A DNA stretch of 64,000 nucleotides from Octopus vulgaris (taxonomy: Eukaryota), in contig OX597814.1 of NCBI GenBank assembly GCA_951406725.2, positions 182,342,001 to 182,406,000 on the forward strand, read 5' to 3'. Within the stretch, counting starts at the first letter, position 1. Each line of letters begins with the position of its first letter. The notes under the pieces were generated by a model. It ran no database searches and was not told where the DNA came from. It saw nothing but the letters and a program-made list of their open reading frames with translations. Made by a program: the position numbers and the translations under genes. Below are positions 1 to 11,785 of this stretch, piece by piece.

Positions 1-338
1 GAAATAACTATAAAGCATTTTTAGAGAGTTATAGCCAAAAAATAGCAAAAAAATGGAAAAAAATGATGGTAAATTTTTTTTAGTTAAAAAGGTGGAGTTG
101 CGTCCCCTAGACAGTTTGCGGTTTGTGTTTCTGATTCTCGACCCCATGTCGAATTTATCGATTTTTTCAGAACTGGGGGAACTTTTCAAAATTTTCGCTG
201 CGTTAGTTTTGAATTATGACATTGGGCTATGTGTGTGTCAAGTTTCATCAGAATCGGTTGAAAGCCGTGGTCAGGGTGAGGGTACAAGCAAACAGACACA
301 CAGAAACACGCACAGACAAACTGCCGTTTATATAGAGA
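1..338 (-). mobile_element. Non-autonomous Helitron-like element, 5' part (continues beyond window start)
   Basis: Minus strand starts A|TCTCTATATAAACGGCAGTTTGTCTGTG, like the 5' end of the complete Helitron at 55979. It carries the AAGTTTCATCAGAATCGG motif typical of Lep1/HINE-type elements. Confidence 0.6.
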
Positions 339-356
339 TATATATATATATATATA

Positions 357-885
357 TATGATTCTGCCATTTGATGCGGAGGATTTTTCGGAGGCAGCGC
401 AAGTGAAAGATGTTTAGGCGACGCTCTTGGCGTGTGTATATCGTCCACGTCTCACTTCCATACAGTGCTGAGTACTCTACTGTATGGAAGTGAGACCTGG
501 ACGCTATACACACGCCAAAATCTTGTGGGTAGACCGATCTTACGTTACAAGGATGTTTGCAAAAGGGACATGAAGGCCTGCAACATCAATATTAGCAGTT
601 GGGAGGCAGTTGCCGGCAACCGTGGAGAATGGCGACGTACCGTAAAAGAGGGAATACAAAGGAGTGACAGAGAGAGAAGGGAGAAATGGAAAGAAAAGAA
701 GAGACTATGGCATTACAACCAGCCAGGAACAGTCTTCGCTACATTTGCGGTACCTGCCAGAGGGAGTGTTTGTCCAGGATAGGACTACACAGCCACAGCA
801 GGAAATGTATCAGGACATGAAATATAAAAGCCGGACTAGACTACATTATGCGCAACTCCATAGTCTCCCGAGACAGAAAGGATGC

Positions 886-890
<5 letters not shown>
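357..890 (+). mobile_element. RTE-clade LINE 3' fragment with inverted 5' segment, in (TA)n
   Basis: LLYGSETWTLY and GRPILRYKDVCKRDMKAC on +; inverted LNIFHLRCLRKILRIKWQNH on -. The 3' end CTCCCGAGACAGAAAGGATGCC matches the RTE copy at 8817-11090. Confidence 0.9.
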
Positions 891-948
<58 letters not shown>

Positions 949-1150
949 AAAATAAGCAACAAGGATATCCAGAGATAATGCAGTACGATCGTTTCATGCA
1001 ACTCCATTTAATTGAACAATGTTTTTTATTTTTATCACCTTATTTTGAAATTGTATGGATAATACCGTTCAAAATTCTGGTGCCTCAACTTAAGTACCAT
1101 ATTCATCTGAATCTAAATTTTTGCTTATATTGTACACACACAGACACACA

Positions 1151-1201
<51 letters not shown>

Positions 1202-2044
1202 TTATGCGGATAAGCAAATTAAATATAACAGCTTGGGTTTGATATACAATGTGTGTGCGTGCGTGCGTGCGTACGTGTACCTGCGTGTACCTGCGTGTAT
1301 ACATGTAAAGAGAAAGAAAGCAAAGACTGAAGATTTTCAGGCGATAAATTTTTAAGTATAGATATATAGATATTAATACATTAATAGATCAAACTTACAG
1401 AGTATAGACGGCAGATAAAATTAAAGGGAAGGAGGTAAGGTGTTACAAGTCCAACAACTGTTTCTGGGAGATCAGAGATCCATCATAATGTCGGTAGATG
1501 TAGTTCACCAAAATATGGGATCAAATAAACATTGGATAAATCGAGCCTCCGTCATCAGGGTAGAAATCTTACATTTCAGATCATGATGCAGAGAAATCTA
1601 AGTGGAATGTTTAAATGTGGAGATCAAGCAGTATTGGAGGGAGGAAGCAGGAGGCTCGGTGGGGGTGTTGAGGCAGGAAAGGGTGAAAAGAGATAAGAGA
1701 GTCAGTTCAGGAAGGTGGAGTGGGGTTAACAATCAGGGTATTGAGAGAGGTACTAGTGGGGGTGGCGAGTTAGGAGATAAATGAGGGAAAGAGGTAGTAA
1801 TTGAAAGGTGGTTAGTTATTTTGGGGTTTGTGAATAAATGTCAAGGTGGGGCGATATATTTATAATACAGATACACACACACACACACACACACGTATAA
1901 AACGTATATTGATACACACACACACACGCACGCACGCGCACGCACGCACGCACGCGCACGCACGCACGCACGCGCACGCACGCACGCACGCGCACACACA
2001 CACACACGCATACACACACACACACATACACACACACACATAGT

Positions 2045-2580
2045 TGAAATTTATAGAAAAACATACGAAAATAAATGTATGAACAACAAGCAAGTGTATT
2101 AGTTTGACGCTCGGGAAAGTGAAAAAGTCATTTACGTTTCGAGCCTACGCTCTTCAACAGAACGGTATAAGAGAAAAGAAACAGAGAGAGAATAAAAAAA
2201 AACTTGTGGATTTAGCGGTCGAGTTTGGCAACTGACAGGAAAATTCGAGGGCATGATGGAAGGATTGGACAAAAGAGAGGAAGGAGTCTAGTTGTTCGCA
2301 GGGGAGTGAGATCGCACCGATACAGTCATCAATATAACGATCGTATAGTTCGGGAATGGGACCAGTAAATCGTGGGAATATTTGGGCCCCAACGTAGCCA
2401 ACAAACAGGTTCGCATGGTTGGGGGCCCATTCACGTTCCCATGGCAATTCCCGAGAATTGTTGGTAAAAATCACCCGCAAACGAGAAGCAGCTGAGGGAG
2501 AGAACAAGTTCGGCCAGACGAAGAAGTGTGGAGATGTCAGGTTGGGGGTTGGGTCGAAGGTTGAGAAAGTGTTTAAGTGC
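2045..2580 (-). mobile_element. Penelope-like element remnant: RT fragment plus downstream terminal repeat with hammerhead-like motif
   Basis: Minus translation GIAMGT*MGPNHANLFVGYV...YDRYIDDCIG...FVQSFHHALEFS is typical Penelope RT with a YIDD motif (about 2230-2455). The HHR-like motif follows at 2130-2163. Confidence 0.8.
2130..2163 (-). ncRNA. Hammerhead ribozyme-like motif, A6U core variant
   Basis: gtt-CTGTTGA-A-GAGC-gtag-GCTC-GAAAC-GT-A-aat; same family as 54158-54193. Confidence 0.5.
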
Positions 2581-2648
2581 TTATACATATATGCACGCAA
2601 AAATATATAGGAACACACACACACACACAGTATATATGTATGCATATA

Positions 2649-2683
<35 letters not shown>

Positions 2684-3308
2684 CACAACATGAATAAACT
2701 GGATTAGAAATCATATTAGAGAAAAACGACAGTTCTAAAACGTTGTTTACTCACCAAGACAACAAGAAAACAAACTTATGATCAAAGATGTTCCGATCGT
2801 GACCATCTCATTTTTTTTATTCAGAAATATTATCTAATACTAAATTATCCAACCTTTTCTCTCCCACCTTTTTTTAGCAAGATAGGATTTGAGGGCTATG
2901 TGGCTGCTATCTCTAGCAAGTCGAGCGACTTCATAAAGGCTTCCTTATTGGCTTGAGTTCAAAAAATAAGAAAGGGCTGTAAACAAACGTTAAATTTAAA
3001 CACGTCTGAGTTAAAGGAAGAAGAAAACGTGGAAAATAGCAACAAAGCAAAATGAAATAGGTCAAAATAGTGAAAAGAAGTGTTAAAGAAATTTACACAT
3101 GTGTTTAAATTTAGCTAACTAAAGCGAACTGATATTAGAGATAATATAAAATGACTATGATATTAAGGTATGTAGATTTTTCAGAATTTCCGAGTTGTAC
3201 TTGTTTGGCAAGTACCTGAGGTTTGAGAGCGTCTGTTGATACAAGCAAATTACGACATGAAAGTCTCATTTAACCCTTTGCATGTTTTGACTGTCCAAAG
3301 CACAGTAC

Positions 3309-3926
3309 CTATTTCTTTACTACCCACAAGGGGCTAAACACAGAGAGGACAAACAAGGACAGACAAACGGATTAAGTTGATTATATCGACCCCAGTGCGT
3401 AACTGGTACTTAATCGACCCCGAAAGGATGAAAGGCAAAGTCGACCTCGGCGGAATTTGATACAGAACGTAGCGGCAGACGAAATACCTATTTCTTTATT
3501 ACCCACAAGGGGCTAAACATAGAGGGGGACAAACAAGGACAGACATAGGTATTAAGTCGATTACATCGACCCCAGTGCGTAACTGGTGCTTAATTTATCG
3601 ACCCCGAAAGGATGAAAGGCAAAGTCGACCTCGGCGGAATTTGAACTCAGAACGTAGCGACGAGCGAAATACCTATTTCTTTACTACCCACAAGGGGCTA
3701 AACACAGAGGGAACAAACAAGGACAGACAAACGGATTAAGTCGATTACATCGACCCTAGTGCGTAACTGGCACTTAATTTATTGACCCGAAAGGATGAAA
3801 GGCAAAGTCGACCTCGGCGGAATTTGAACTCAGAGCGTAACGGCAGACGAAATACGGCTACGCATTTCACCCGGCGTGCTAACGCATTTCGCCCGGTGTC
3901 CTAACGATTCTGCCAGCTCGCCGCCT
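3309..3926 (-). mobile_element. Nin/Deu-domain tRNA-derived SINE, tandem trimer (one full unit plus two headless units)
   Basis: Nin-like core GCCTTTCATCCTTTCGGGGTCGATAAATTAAGTACCAG occurs three times. Units are joined at AAAGAAATAG|GTATTTCG and flanked by TSD-like TCCAAAG(C/T)AC(A/T)GTACC. Confidence 0.9.
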
Positions 3927-4844
3927 TTTCCAAAGTACTGTACCGTCTTAAGGCATGGGCACACCGAAGCTATCTCCCCTTAATCTTTGAAGTCCAACTG
4001 CTCAAGGGTCCAAATTCTAATCAATGTCTGCTGTGACTTGCCGTCATTAAATAAATACTACAGTATCCAGTGCATTGATTTGCACTGTGTAACATACTTT
4101 TTGTTCTTGGATAGTAACTGTTATTTTCTATTTGCTTATTCCTAGAAAGTATGAAAAATAGCTAATATTTCCTTCGAATTTTGCTTTGGTTACATTTATA
4201 CAAACCCAAAAGAATCCTTCTCAACACATGGCTATATGCTTCCCCACTTCTGCTCATGATCAGAGATGCAGATATTGTCAGCCACTAAGGGGCAAGCTCA
4301 ATTGGTTATGGTCAAGCAATTGACAAGCAAATTTGTGGTATTGAGCAGAATATTTGCTATAAAGATATTTCTACTTCAAAAAATCAGCGTTGAATCTGTC
4401 TGAAATGTAATGGAAAATAGGTCACTTTCAAAACGTTGATGTCCAGGTCACAAAAACAAAGTTTGAAGAGAATAGTACGCATTTCCTTTCATCTCTAGTA
4501 AGAAACAACTAGGAACACTTACTGACCAAAGGGCCGATAAAATAAGTACCAGTTGAACACTGAGGTCGATGTAATCGACTTACCTCTACATGAAACTGCT
4601 GGCCTTGTGCCAAAATTTGAAACCAATTTATCTAAATTTGATCTCTGGCAGTACTTGTTTTAACGCACCAATTAACAATGTCATCACAGAAGGGTCGTCA
4701 TTTTAACCATTTTAAACTCATTTACTTACAATTATTTCTTAATAGTATTGCCAACAATTAAGTATCAAAATGTTTCATCGCCAACACAAATCTATTGCAA
4801 GAATCACTAGTCAAAAAAATACAACTCTATAATGGCTTGTTGTT

Positions 4845-5120
4845 TGTTCCTTCTCAAGCCATGCCTGGCCCATAAGGGCCGGTTTCCCGGTTTCCTTGGT
4901 GTATAGTTTCCCCGCAGGTCCGCTGCAAGATGCAGGAGGAAAGGGTGAGAGAAAGTTGTGGCGAAAGAGTCAACAGAAGTTCGCCATTACTTTCTGCCGG
5001 AGCCGCGTGAAGCTTAGGTATTTCACTCATAAACACACACATCACCCGGTTTGAGATTCGAACCCGCGATCCCTCGACCGCGAGTCCGTTGCTCTAACCA
5101 TTAGGCCATGTGCTTCCACC
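4845..5120 (-). mobile_element. tRNA-Arg-derived SINE (OR1-like family)
   Basis: A box TGGCCTAATGG, anticodon region CTCGCGG, B box GGTTCGAATC; TSD CTATAATGG(C/T)TTG. Confidence 0.85.
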
Positions 5121-5730
5121 TATAATGGTTTGATATTAATAATTTCAATTTAATAATCTTTTATTTACATATATTGGCACTTAATAAATGTTTACGTGCG
5201 CGAGCGCACACACACACATGTATGTATGTATGTATGTATGTATGTATGTATGTATGTATGTATGTATGTATGTATGTATGCCTCTTCTGTTTTTAATTTA
5301 AATTCTTCCTTCGAGGAAGAAGCTTCTCTCTAACAACGATACAAAGCTCCATCGTTGGAATGTAGATAACGAAAACAATGTCATATTAAACTTGAGAAAA
5401 GTCTTGCATATTTTTACTGTTCCACTTACAGATTGTATTTGTCATGTGCGAGTTAATCGGTTGATTTCTTTTTGTGAAAATCCAAGTTTATCCAGACTGT
5501 CATTTAGGCATTCACTTACAAAACCAAGTGCACCAATTATTATTGGTATAAATGTATATTTGTAATCCGGATATAGAAGCTGGAGGTTTCAAAAGAGTCG
5601 TCCGTAGTTATCTTCTTTCACTTCGATTTCAAAAGAGGCATTCACATTAACAAAACAGCTGACGTCTATGACGGTACATACCTTTTCTTGTCTCTCTCAA
5701 ACGATATCCGACCTGTTATGCTTACACTTG

Positions 5731-6012
5731 TGTGGAGGCACAATGGCCCAGTGGTTAGGGCAGCAGACTCGCGGTCGGAGGATCGCGGTTTCGATTCCCA
5801 GACCGGGTGTTGTGTGTGTTTATTGAGTGAAAACACCTAAGTTCCGCGAGGCTCCGGCAAGGGGTGATAACGACCTATGTTGTACTCTTTCGCCCCAACT
5901 TTCTCTCACTCTTTCTTCCTGTTTCTTGAGTAACGCTGCGGGTGAATACATACGCCACAGAAACCGGGAAACCGGGCCCATGAGCCTGGCTAGGCTTGAA
6001 AAGGGCGCATAA
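5731..6012 (+). mobile_element. tRNA-Arg-derived SINE (OR1-like family)
   Basis: GGAGGCACAATGGCCCAGTGGTTAGGGCAGCAGACTCGCGG...TTCGATTCCC head; TSD ATGCTTACA. Confidence 0.85.
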
Positions 6013-7075
6013 AAAAATTATAAAATGCTTACAGATGTATAAATGGGAATATTCTACCAGCTTGAAACCAATATTGTTATATATAGAAATATTATTTACC
6101 AGTGATATTGACTTTCGAACTTTACAGGTTCGAATTCGAGGAAGGCTATCTGCTGCAAACACTTTATTTACAGACAGCTTCCAGAAAATGCTTTAAAATA
6201 AATATCTAAAGAATCGTAATATAAATAAGTATGGATAAGATACAAAATAAGTTTCGCAGTGCAGTTATCAGTAAACTTTTTTTTTTATTCAGCCAGTATG
6301 TTTTCATTAGTATATAGGAAGCTTCAATTTCAAGTCAAGAGCCAGCGAAACTTAATAGATAAAGTTTTGCATTTGAAATATTTTCAAGTTAGAAAATAAA
6401 AAACAAAAATATATATATATATATATCTTAGATATTTCAGCTCTAGTGAACATTGAAAAGGGACTCACATACCTTATTTATATAATGTGATGTTTATAAC
6501 TTTTTATAAGTCTTAGTACTCACGGCTTATCATTATTTTTCTGTGCTAATAAGAAATAAGAGCGATGAGAATGTAGTCTACATCACTATCACACGAAGTC
6601 GAGTGGCTGGATAGCAGGTAGTAAACCTATGCAGAGAATGTTTGCATTTGCACCGTATTCTATTTACAGGGAAGAGCGTATTTCTCATTTAATATGTGCA
6701 GTTCTTTGAAGTTATTTCAAACAAGATAATTTTATATGCTTTATTTTGTTTTTAGCACTTTCTGCATTATTTTGCAAACATAATATGCTAATAATTTGAT
6801 AATTCTTTCTGCTAGAGGTACAAAGACTGAAATATGGCGGGGAGAGGGAATAGTCGATTTCATCGACCCTAGTGCTCAACTACCATTTTAAGGAACCCCT
6901 CGACGGGATTTGAACTCAGAACGAAAGAGCCGGAGAAATATCGCTAAATATTTTTGTCTGACGCGCCAATGGTTCTGCCAGTTCACCGCTTTTTCTAGCA
7001 ATTTAATAACTACCAGCAGAACAGATAAGATGACCATACACAAACCAAAGGGTCGGAAATTTTTATTGCATCACC

Positions 7076-7077
<2 letters not shown>

Positions 7078-7137
<60 letters not shown>

Positions 7138-7346
7138 CATCATTATTATTATTGAGTGAGAGAGCAGTGCATGCCATCAAAGTGATACTGGGGTAAAATA
7201 TACGAAGGCCAGTATACCCATCGTGACTACCCGTCTGATAAGGGTACACCAGACACGTGCATCACAACCATATGTGCGCGACATAGTGATCTCATATCAA
7301 GATAAACAGCACATGACCTTGCAGGTGGGGCCCAGTTAGAATTTTC
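7078..7346 (-). mobile_element. Probable non-LTR retroelement 3' end with (TAA)n tail/target
   Basis: About 195 bp of unique sequence abutting a long (TTA)n run. This arrangement is typical of R4/Dong-type 3' ends, but no coding motif is visible. Confidence 0.35.
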
Positions 7347-7349
7347 GTC

Positions 7350-7870
7350 GGATCTTTTCCTTTTGAACGGCACATATCAACACAATTTCTAGTTAACTAA
7401 ACACTTTTAAACTTCGTATACTGGTAGAATGTGCTTATAAAACATCATTTTTTCTTGGTTTTATTGAGAAAATTCTATAGTTTGTAAGATATTTCGTCTG
7501 AAATTTCGAGCACTTCGGCAATTTTAACCAATCGCTGACCTCCATTTGGGGTGAAAACATTCCGTGCTGTATGAATATATCCCTCGTTTAAGAAACAGAT
7601 TGGGTTTATTTACATTTGCGAAGAAAAAATGATACCCTTCCCCCACCCCTAACCCTAACCCTAACCCTAACCCTAACTCTAACCCTAAATCTAATCCTAA
7701 ATCTAAAATAGATTGAAATGCAATAGATCGATACTAGGGTTATAATTATGGGTGACATTTTCATTTGACACCGCTAGAAAAAAATCCCATTTTCCGTAGC
7801 GGTGTCGTATGAAATTGTCACCCATAATTATAACCCTAGTATCGATCTATTGCATTTCAATCTATTTTAG
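7350..7870. mobile_element. GGATC-ended MITE carrying (CCCTAA)n, rearranged with a 74-bp foldback
   Basis: Starts GGATCTTTTCC; body homologous (opposite strand) to 43936-44376; telomeric-type repeats at about 7646-7700; inverted arms 7703-7776 and 7797-7870. Confidence 0.8.
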
Positions 7871-8375
7871 TGTATGTCAAAGCAAACTGTTACACTGTTG
7901 TACCATTGAATTAGAAATAATGCCCAACTTTTATGCTCGGGTAACCCTACAGCTTCCAAGAGCACAACTGTATTCGTTTTTGCTTAGATAAAATGACAAA
8001 ATTGTGAGTGCTAAGTCCCCATGGAGTGGTCTTTCTAACTTTGTAGGAAGATGACATTTTATAAATATTACTTCATTTGTGTCTAATATCTATGGCTAAA
8101 ATTTCATCAACAGCAAAAATATATGAATTGTCAAGGGAGTGATGGCCCTTATGTTTAGGATATAATTTCCAAATTTCATAAAGATCCATTCAGTACTTTT
8201 GACCTAGTTTTGGATCATAAAAGAAATTACTAAAACTTGGGAGTTAAGGCTCCCATTAGGGTGTTATATATATATATAGTTAATCCAAACATGAAAGCAC
8301 AAAAAACACAACAACGCGAGGACGTGGAACAAATATAGTATTATTGGACGCTCAGGAAAGAAGGAAAGAAGGAGG

Positions 8376-8410
8376 GTTTAACGTTTCGAGCGGAGCTCTT
8401 CGTCGGAAAC
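8376..8410 (-). ncRNA. Minimal type I hammerhead motif (U4C copy) in a Penelope-type short repeat (about 8278-8460)
   Basis: gttt-CCGACGA-A-GAG-ctccg-CTC-GAAAC-GT-T-aaac; the sister copy at 47012 has canonical CTGACGA. Confidence 0.6.
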
Positions 8411-8482
8411 ATAGGAGAAGGAAAGATCCAGAGAAGGGAAGACAGAAGGAAAAAATCGCCAAAGATATAGATATAGATATAG

Positions 8483-8545
<63 letters not shown>

Positions 8546-8599
8546 CAAAGATAAATTGATAGATACAACTGAGTGGGCAAACAAAAATATGAGACAGCC

Positions 8600-8807
8600 T
8601 AATGCCTTTTTATGTTGATAGGCCTAGTACTTATTCTATTAGTTTGTTCTTGTGAAACCAGTAAGTTATATGGATGTAAATAAATGAACAGCAGTTGTGA
8701 AGCAGTGATGAGGGCGAAACACAGAGACAAAGACACACACATACACTTACATATATACATACATATATATACGATTGATTTGTTACAGTTGCTGTCTACG
8801 AAATCCA
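8600..8807 (-). mobile_element. Microsatellite-containing composite SINE split by the RTE insertion (other half at about 11092-11286)
   Basis: Degenerate match to the tail of the SINE at 13078-13510; the head GTGGCTGTGTGGTAA is on - at about 11270-11286. Confidence 0.7.
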
Positions 8808-8816
8808 TATATATTG

Positions 8817-11090
8817 TTTTGGCATCCTTTTTGTCTCGGGAGACAATGGAGTTGCGCATAAAATAATCTAGTCCGGCTTTTATATTTCATGTCCTAATAC
8901 ATCTCCCGCTGTGGCTGTGTAGTCCTATCCTGGACAAACACTCCCTCTGGCAGGTGCCGCAAATGTAGCGAAGACTTTGCCTGGCTGGTTGTAATGTCAT
9001 AGTTTCTTGTTGACGTCTTTCCTTGTCTTTCCATTTCTCCTTTCTCTCTATGTCACTCCTTTGTGTTCCCTCTTTTACGGTACGTCGCCAATCTCCACGG
9101 TTGCTGGCAACTGCTTCCCAGTTGGTAATATCGATGTTGCAGGCATTCATGTCCCTTTTGCAAACATCCTTGTATCGTAAGAACGGTCTTCCCACAGACC
9201 TACTGCCCCTAGCAAGCTCTCTGTTGAGTATGTCCTTGGGGATTCTGCCATCTTCCATACGGCTAACATGTCCAAGTCATCTCATACGTCTTTGTGTGAG
9301 GAGTGCAAACATGCGTGGTATTCCTGCTTGCTTGAAGACATCTTTGTTGGGGACATGATTCTGCCATTTGATGCGAAGGATTTTCCGGAGACAGCGCAGG
9401 TGAAAGATATTTAGGCGACGTGTGGCGTCGTATGGCGTGTGTATGGCGTTCATGTCTCACTTCCATACAGTAGAGTGCTAAGTACTCATGTCTGGTAAAT
9501 CTTCATTTTTGTGGTCTTGGTCAGCTTATTGTTGTTCCATGCGCGTTTGGTGAGTTGGGCCATCACAGCAGCTGCCTTACCAATGCGTATATTGAGCTCA
9601 GCACCAAGGGATAGGTTATAGGTGACGGTAGAGCCAAGATAGGTAAACTTCTCCACCTCCTGTACTCTGTGGTCTCCAATATGTATGTTTGGGATGTCCG
9701 ACATAGCCTGACCCATGATGTTGGTCTTCTTGAGGCTGATAACTAAGCCAAAGTTGCCAAATGCTTGCTCAAAACAGTTGATGAGCCTTTGTAGGGCTTC
9801 TTCTGTGTGTGATACCAGAGCGGCATCATCAGCAAATAGCATCTCCTTGATCAGGACGCTTCTGATTTTGGTCTGGGCACGCAGACGCGAGAGATTGAAC
9901 GGTTTCCCATCACTTCTACTGTGCAGAAACACTCCATCATCGGATGTCTCAAAGGCATGTGACAGCAGCAGCGAGAAAAAGATGCCAAATAATGTAGGAG
10001 CAAGGACACAACCTTGCTTTACCCCATTTTTTATTTGGAAGGCGGCTGATGTTGAACCATTGTGCTGTATGGTGCCTTGCATATCAGCATGGAAAGATTT
10101 GATGATCCTCAGCAGCTTTTGTGGACATCCGATTTTTTGGAACAGGATGAAGAGGCCTTTTCTACTTACCAAGTCAAAGGCCTTTGTCAGATCAATGAAG
10201 GCCGTATATAATGGCATTTTCTGCTCTCTGGACTTCTCTTGAAGTTGGCGTATGGAGGATATCATGTCAATAGTTGATCTGCTTCTTCTAAAGCCACACT
10301 GCGATTCTGGATAAATTCGAGAAGCAATTAGTTGCAGCCTGGACAGGATAATGCGAGCAGAAGCCTTTCCAACAGTGCTTAGAAGAGATATTCTATGGTA
10401 ATTGTTACAATCATCACGGTAAACTTTATTTTTGTAAAGCGTAATGATGTTAGCATCCCGCATATTCTGAGGGACTGTACCCTCTTCCCAGCACTGACAC
10501 AGAAGCTCATGAAGGTGCCGAAGCAGGATGGTGTTCTTGCCGGTTTTGATGATCTCTAAGGGGATGCCGTCTTTTCCCGGAGCCTTGTTACTTGCTAGGG
10601 TGAGCTCTGCTATAGATGGCAGACTGTCAAGTTCACACATGACTGGCAAGATCTTGACACCCTCGATTGCAGCCTCAGCTACCGTGGTCTCCCGTGAGTA
10701 GAGATCCTGGTAGTACTCCAACCATCTATCCATTTGCTTGCTTTGGTCCTTGATGAGATCCCTAGTAGTTGATTTCAGAGGAGCTGACTTGGTTGCGGAT
10801 GGACCAGGGGCCTTCTTCAAACCGGCATACATCCCACGGGAGTCACCACTGTCAGCAGATGACTGGATACTCTGACAGATTTCCTGCCAATACCCATTTG
10901 CACAGCGTCTGGCAGTCAGTTGGGTTTTATTTCTTGCCTTTTTGAGTTCTTCGAGTGACTTTGTAGAAGAATCACTCTTGTATTGCATCAGAGCTGCACG
11001 CTTTGCTTCGATAACTGTTTCCAGCTCTGAGAGCCCAGCACTGAACAAAATTTGGATTTTACCTTTCTCTCAAGCCGAAAGTATCAATTG
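8817..11090 (-). mobile_element. RTE-clade (BovB-like) LINE, 5'-truncated, with disrupted ORF2
   Basis: 520-aa RT ORF (KAPGKDGIP, PESQCGFR, FIDLTKAFD, GVKQGCVLAP, LFADD, FTYLGS). The C-terminus has stops/frameshift and a C2H2-like CGTCQRECLSRIGLHSH. The 3' UTR matches the copy at 357-890. Confidence 0.95.
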
Positions 11091-11434
11091 AACACACACA
11101 TAGACTTATATATATACATACATATACATACAATTGATTTCTTTCAGTTTCTGTCTACAAATACACTGACAAGGCTTTGGTTGGTCTGAGGCTATAGCAG
11201 AAGACACATGCCAAGTTACCACACAGTGGGACTGGACTGAGGACCATGTGTTTTGAAACCAAGTTTGTTACCACACAGCCACACCTGCACTTATGTATGT
11301 GTGTGTGTGTGTGTGGGGGGGGTGTATGTGTGTATGGGTGTATATATGTATGCATATATATATGTGTACATATATCATACACTTGTGTTTATCCTTATTT
11401 TCCAGATATAATATATGTGTATGCATGTATACTA

Positions 11435-11702
11435 TTTACATTATTTACATTATTTACATTTGACGGACATTTGTCCTCATATTGTTTGTTGTTTATAAAA
11501 CGTTTCGGCTGACGTACCCTCCAGTCTTCATCAGGTGTCTTGGGGACATTTCGAACCTGGGTTCTCATTCCTAAGGTCTTTTTCGATGTTGTTGTTGTTG
11601 TTGTTGTTATTATTATTATGCCATATGTCCGTAGCATATGACGTAGTGGTTGAGAGCACGGGCTACTAACCCCAAGATTCCGAGTTCGATTCCAGGCAGT
11701 GG

Positions 11703-11785
<83 letters not shown>

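Noticed and set aside
1440-1570. CTGATGA and GAAACAGTTGT on the minus strand
   Set aside because: The core halves do not join into one fold with proper stems; at most a decayed Penelope end.
3309-3926. Tandem array as CRISPR-like or satellite
   Set aside because: The units are SINE bodies with no repeat-spacer pattern, and the context is eukaryotic.
7646-7700. (CCCTAA)n as a true telomere or chromosome fusion site
   Set aside because: Short, degenerate and inside a MITE that carries the same repeat at about 44037-44070.
9715-10242. 175-aa plus-strand ORF
   Set aside because: Antisense shadow of the RTE RT ORF.
11635-11706. Functional tRNA-Ser(ACT) gene
   Set aside because: No proper acceptor stem or long variable arm; treated as a SINE-type head. 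The same applies to the other tRNA-like SINE heads.
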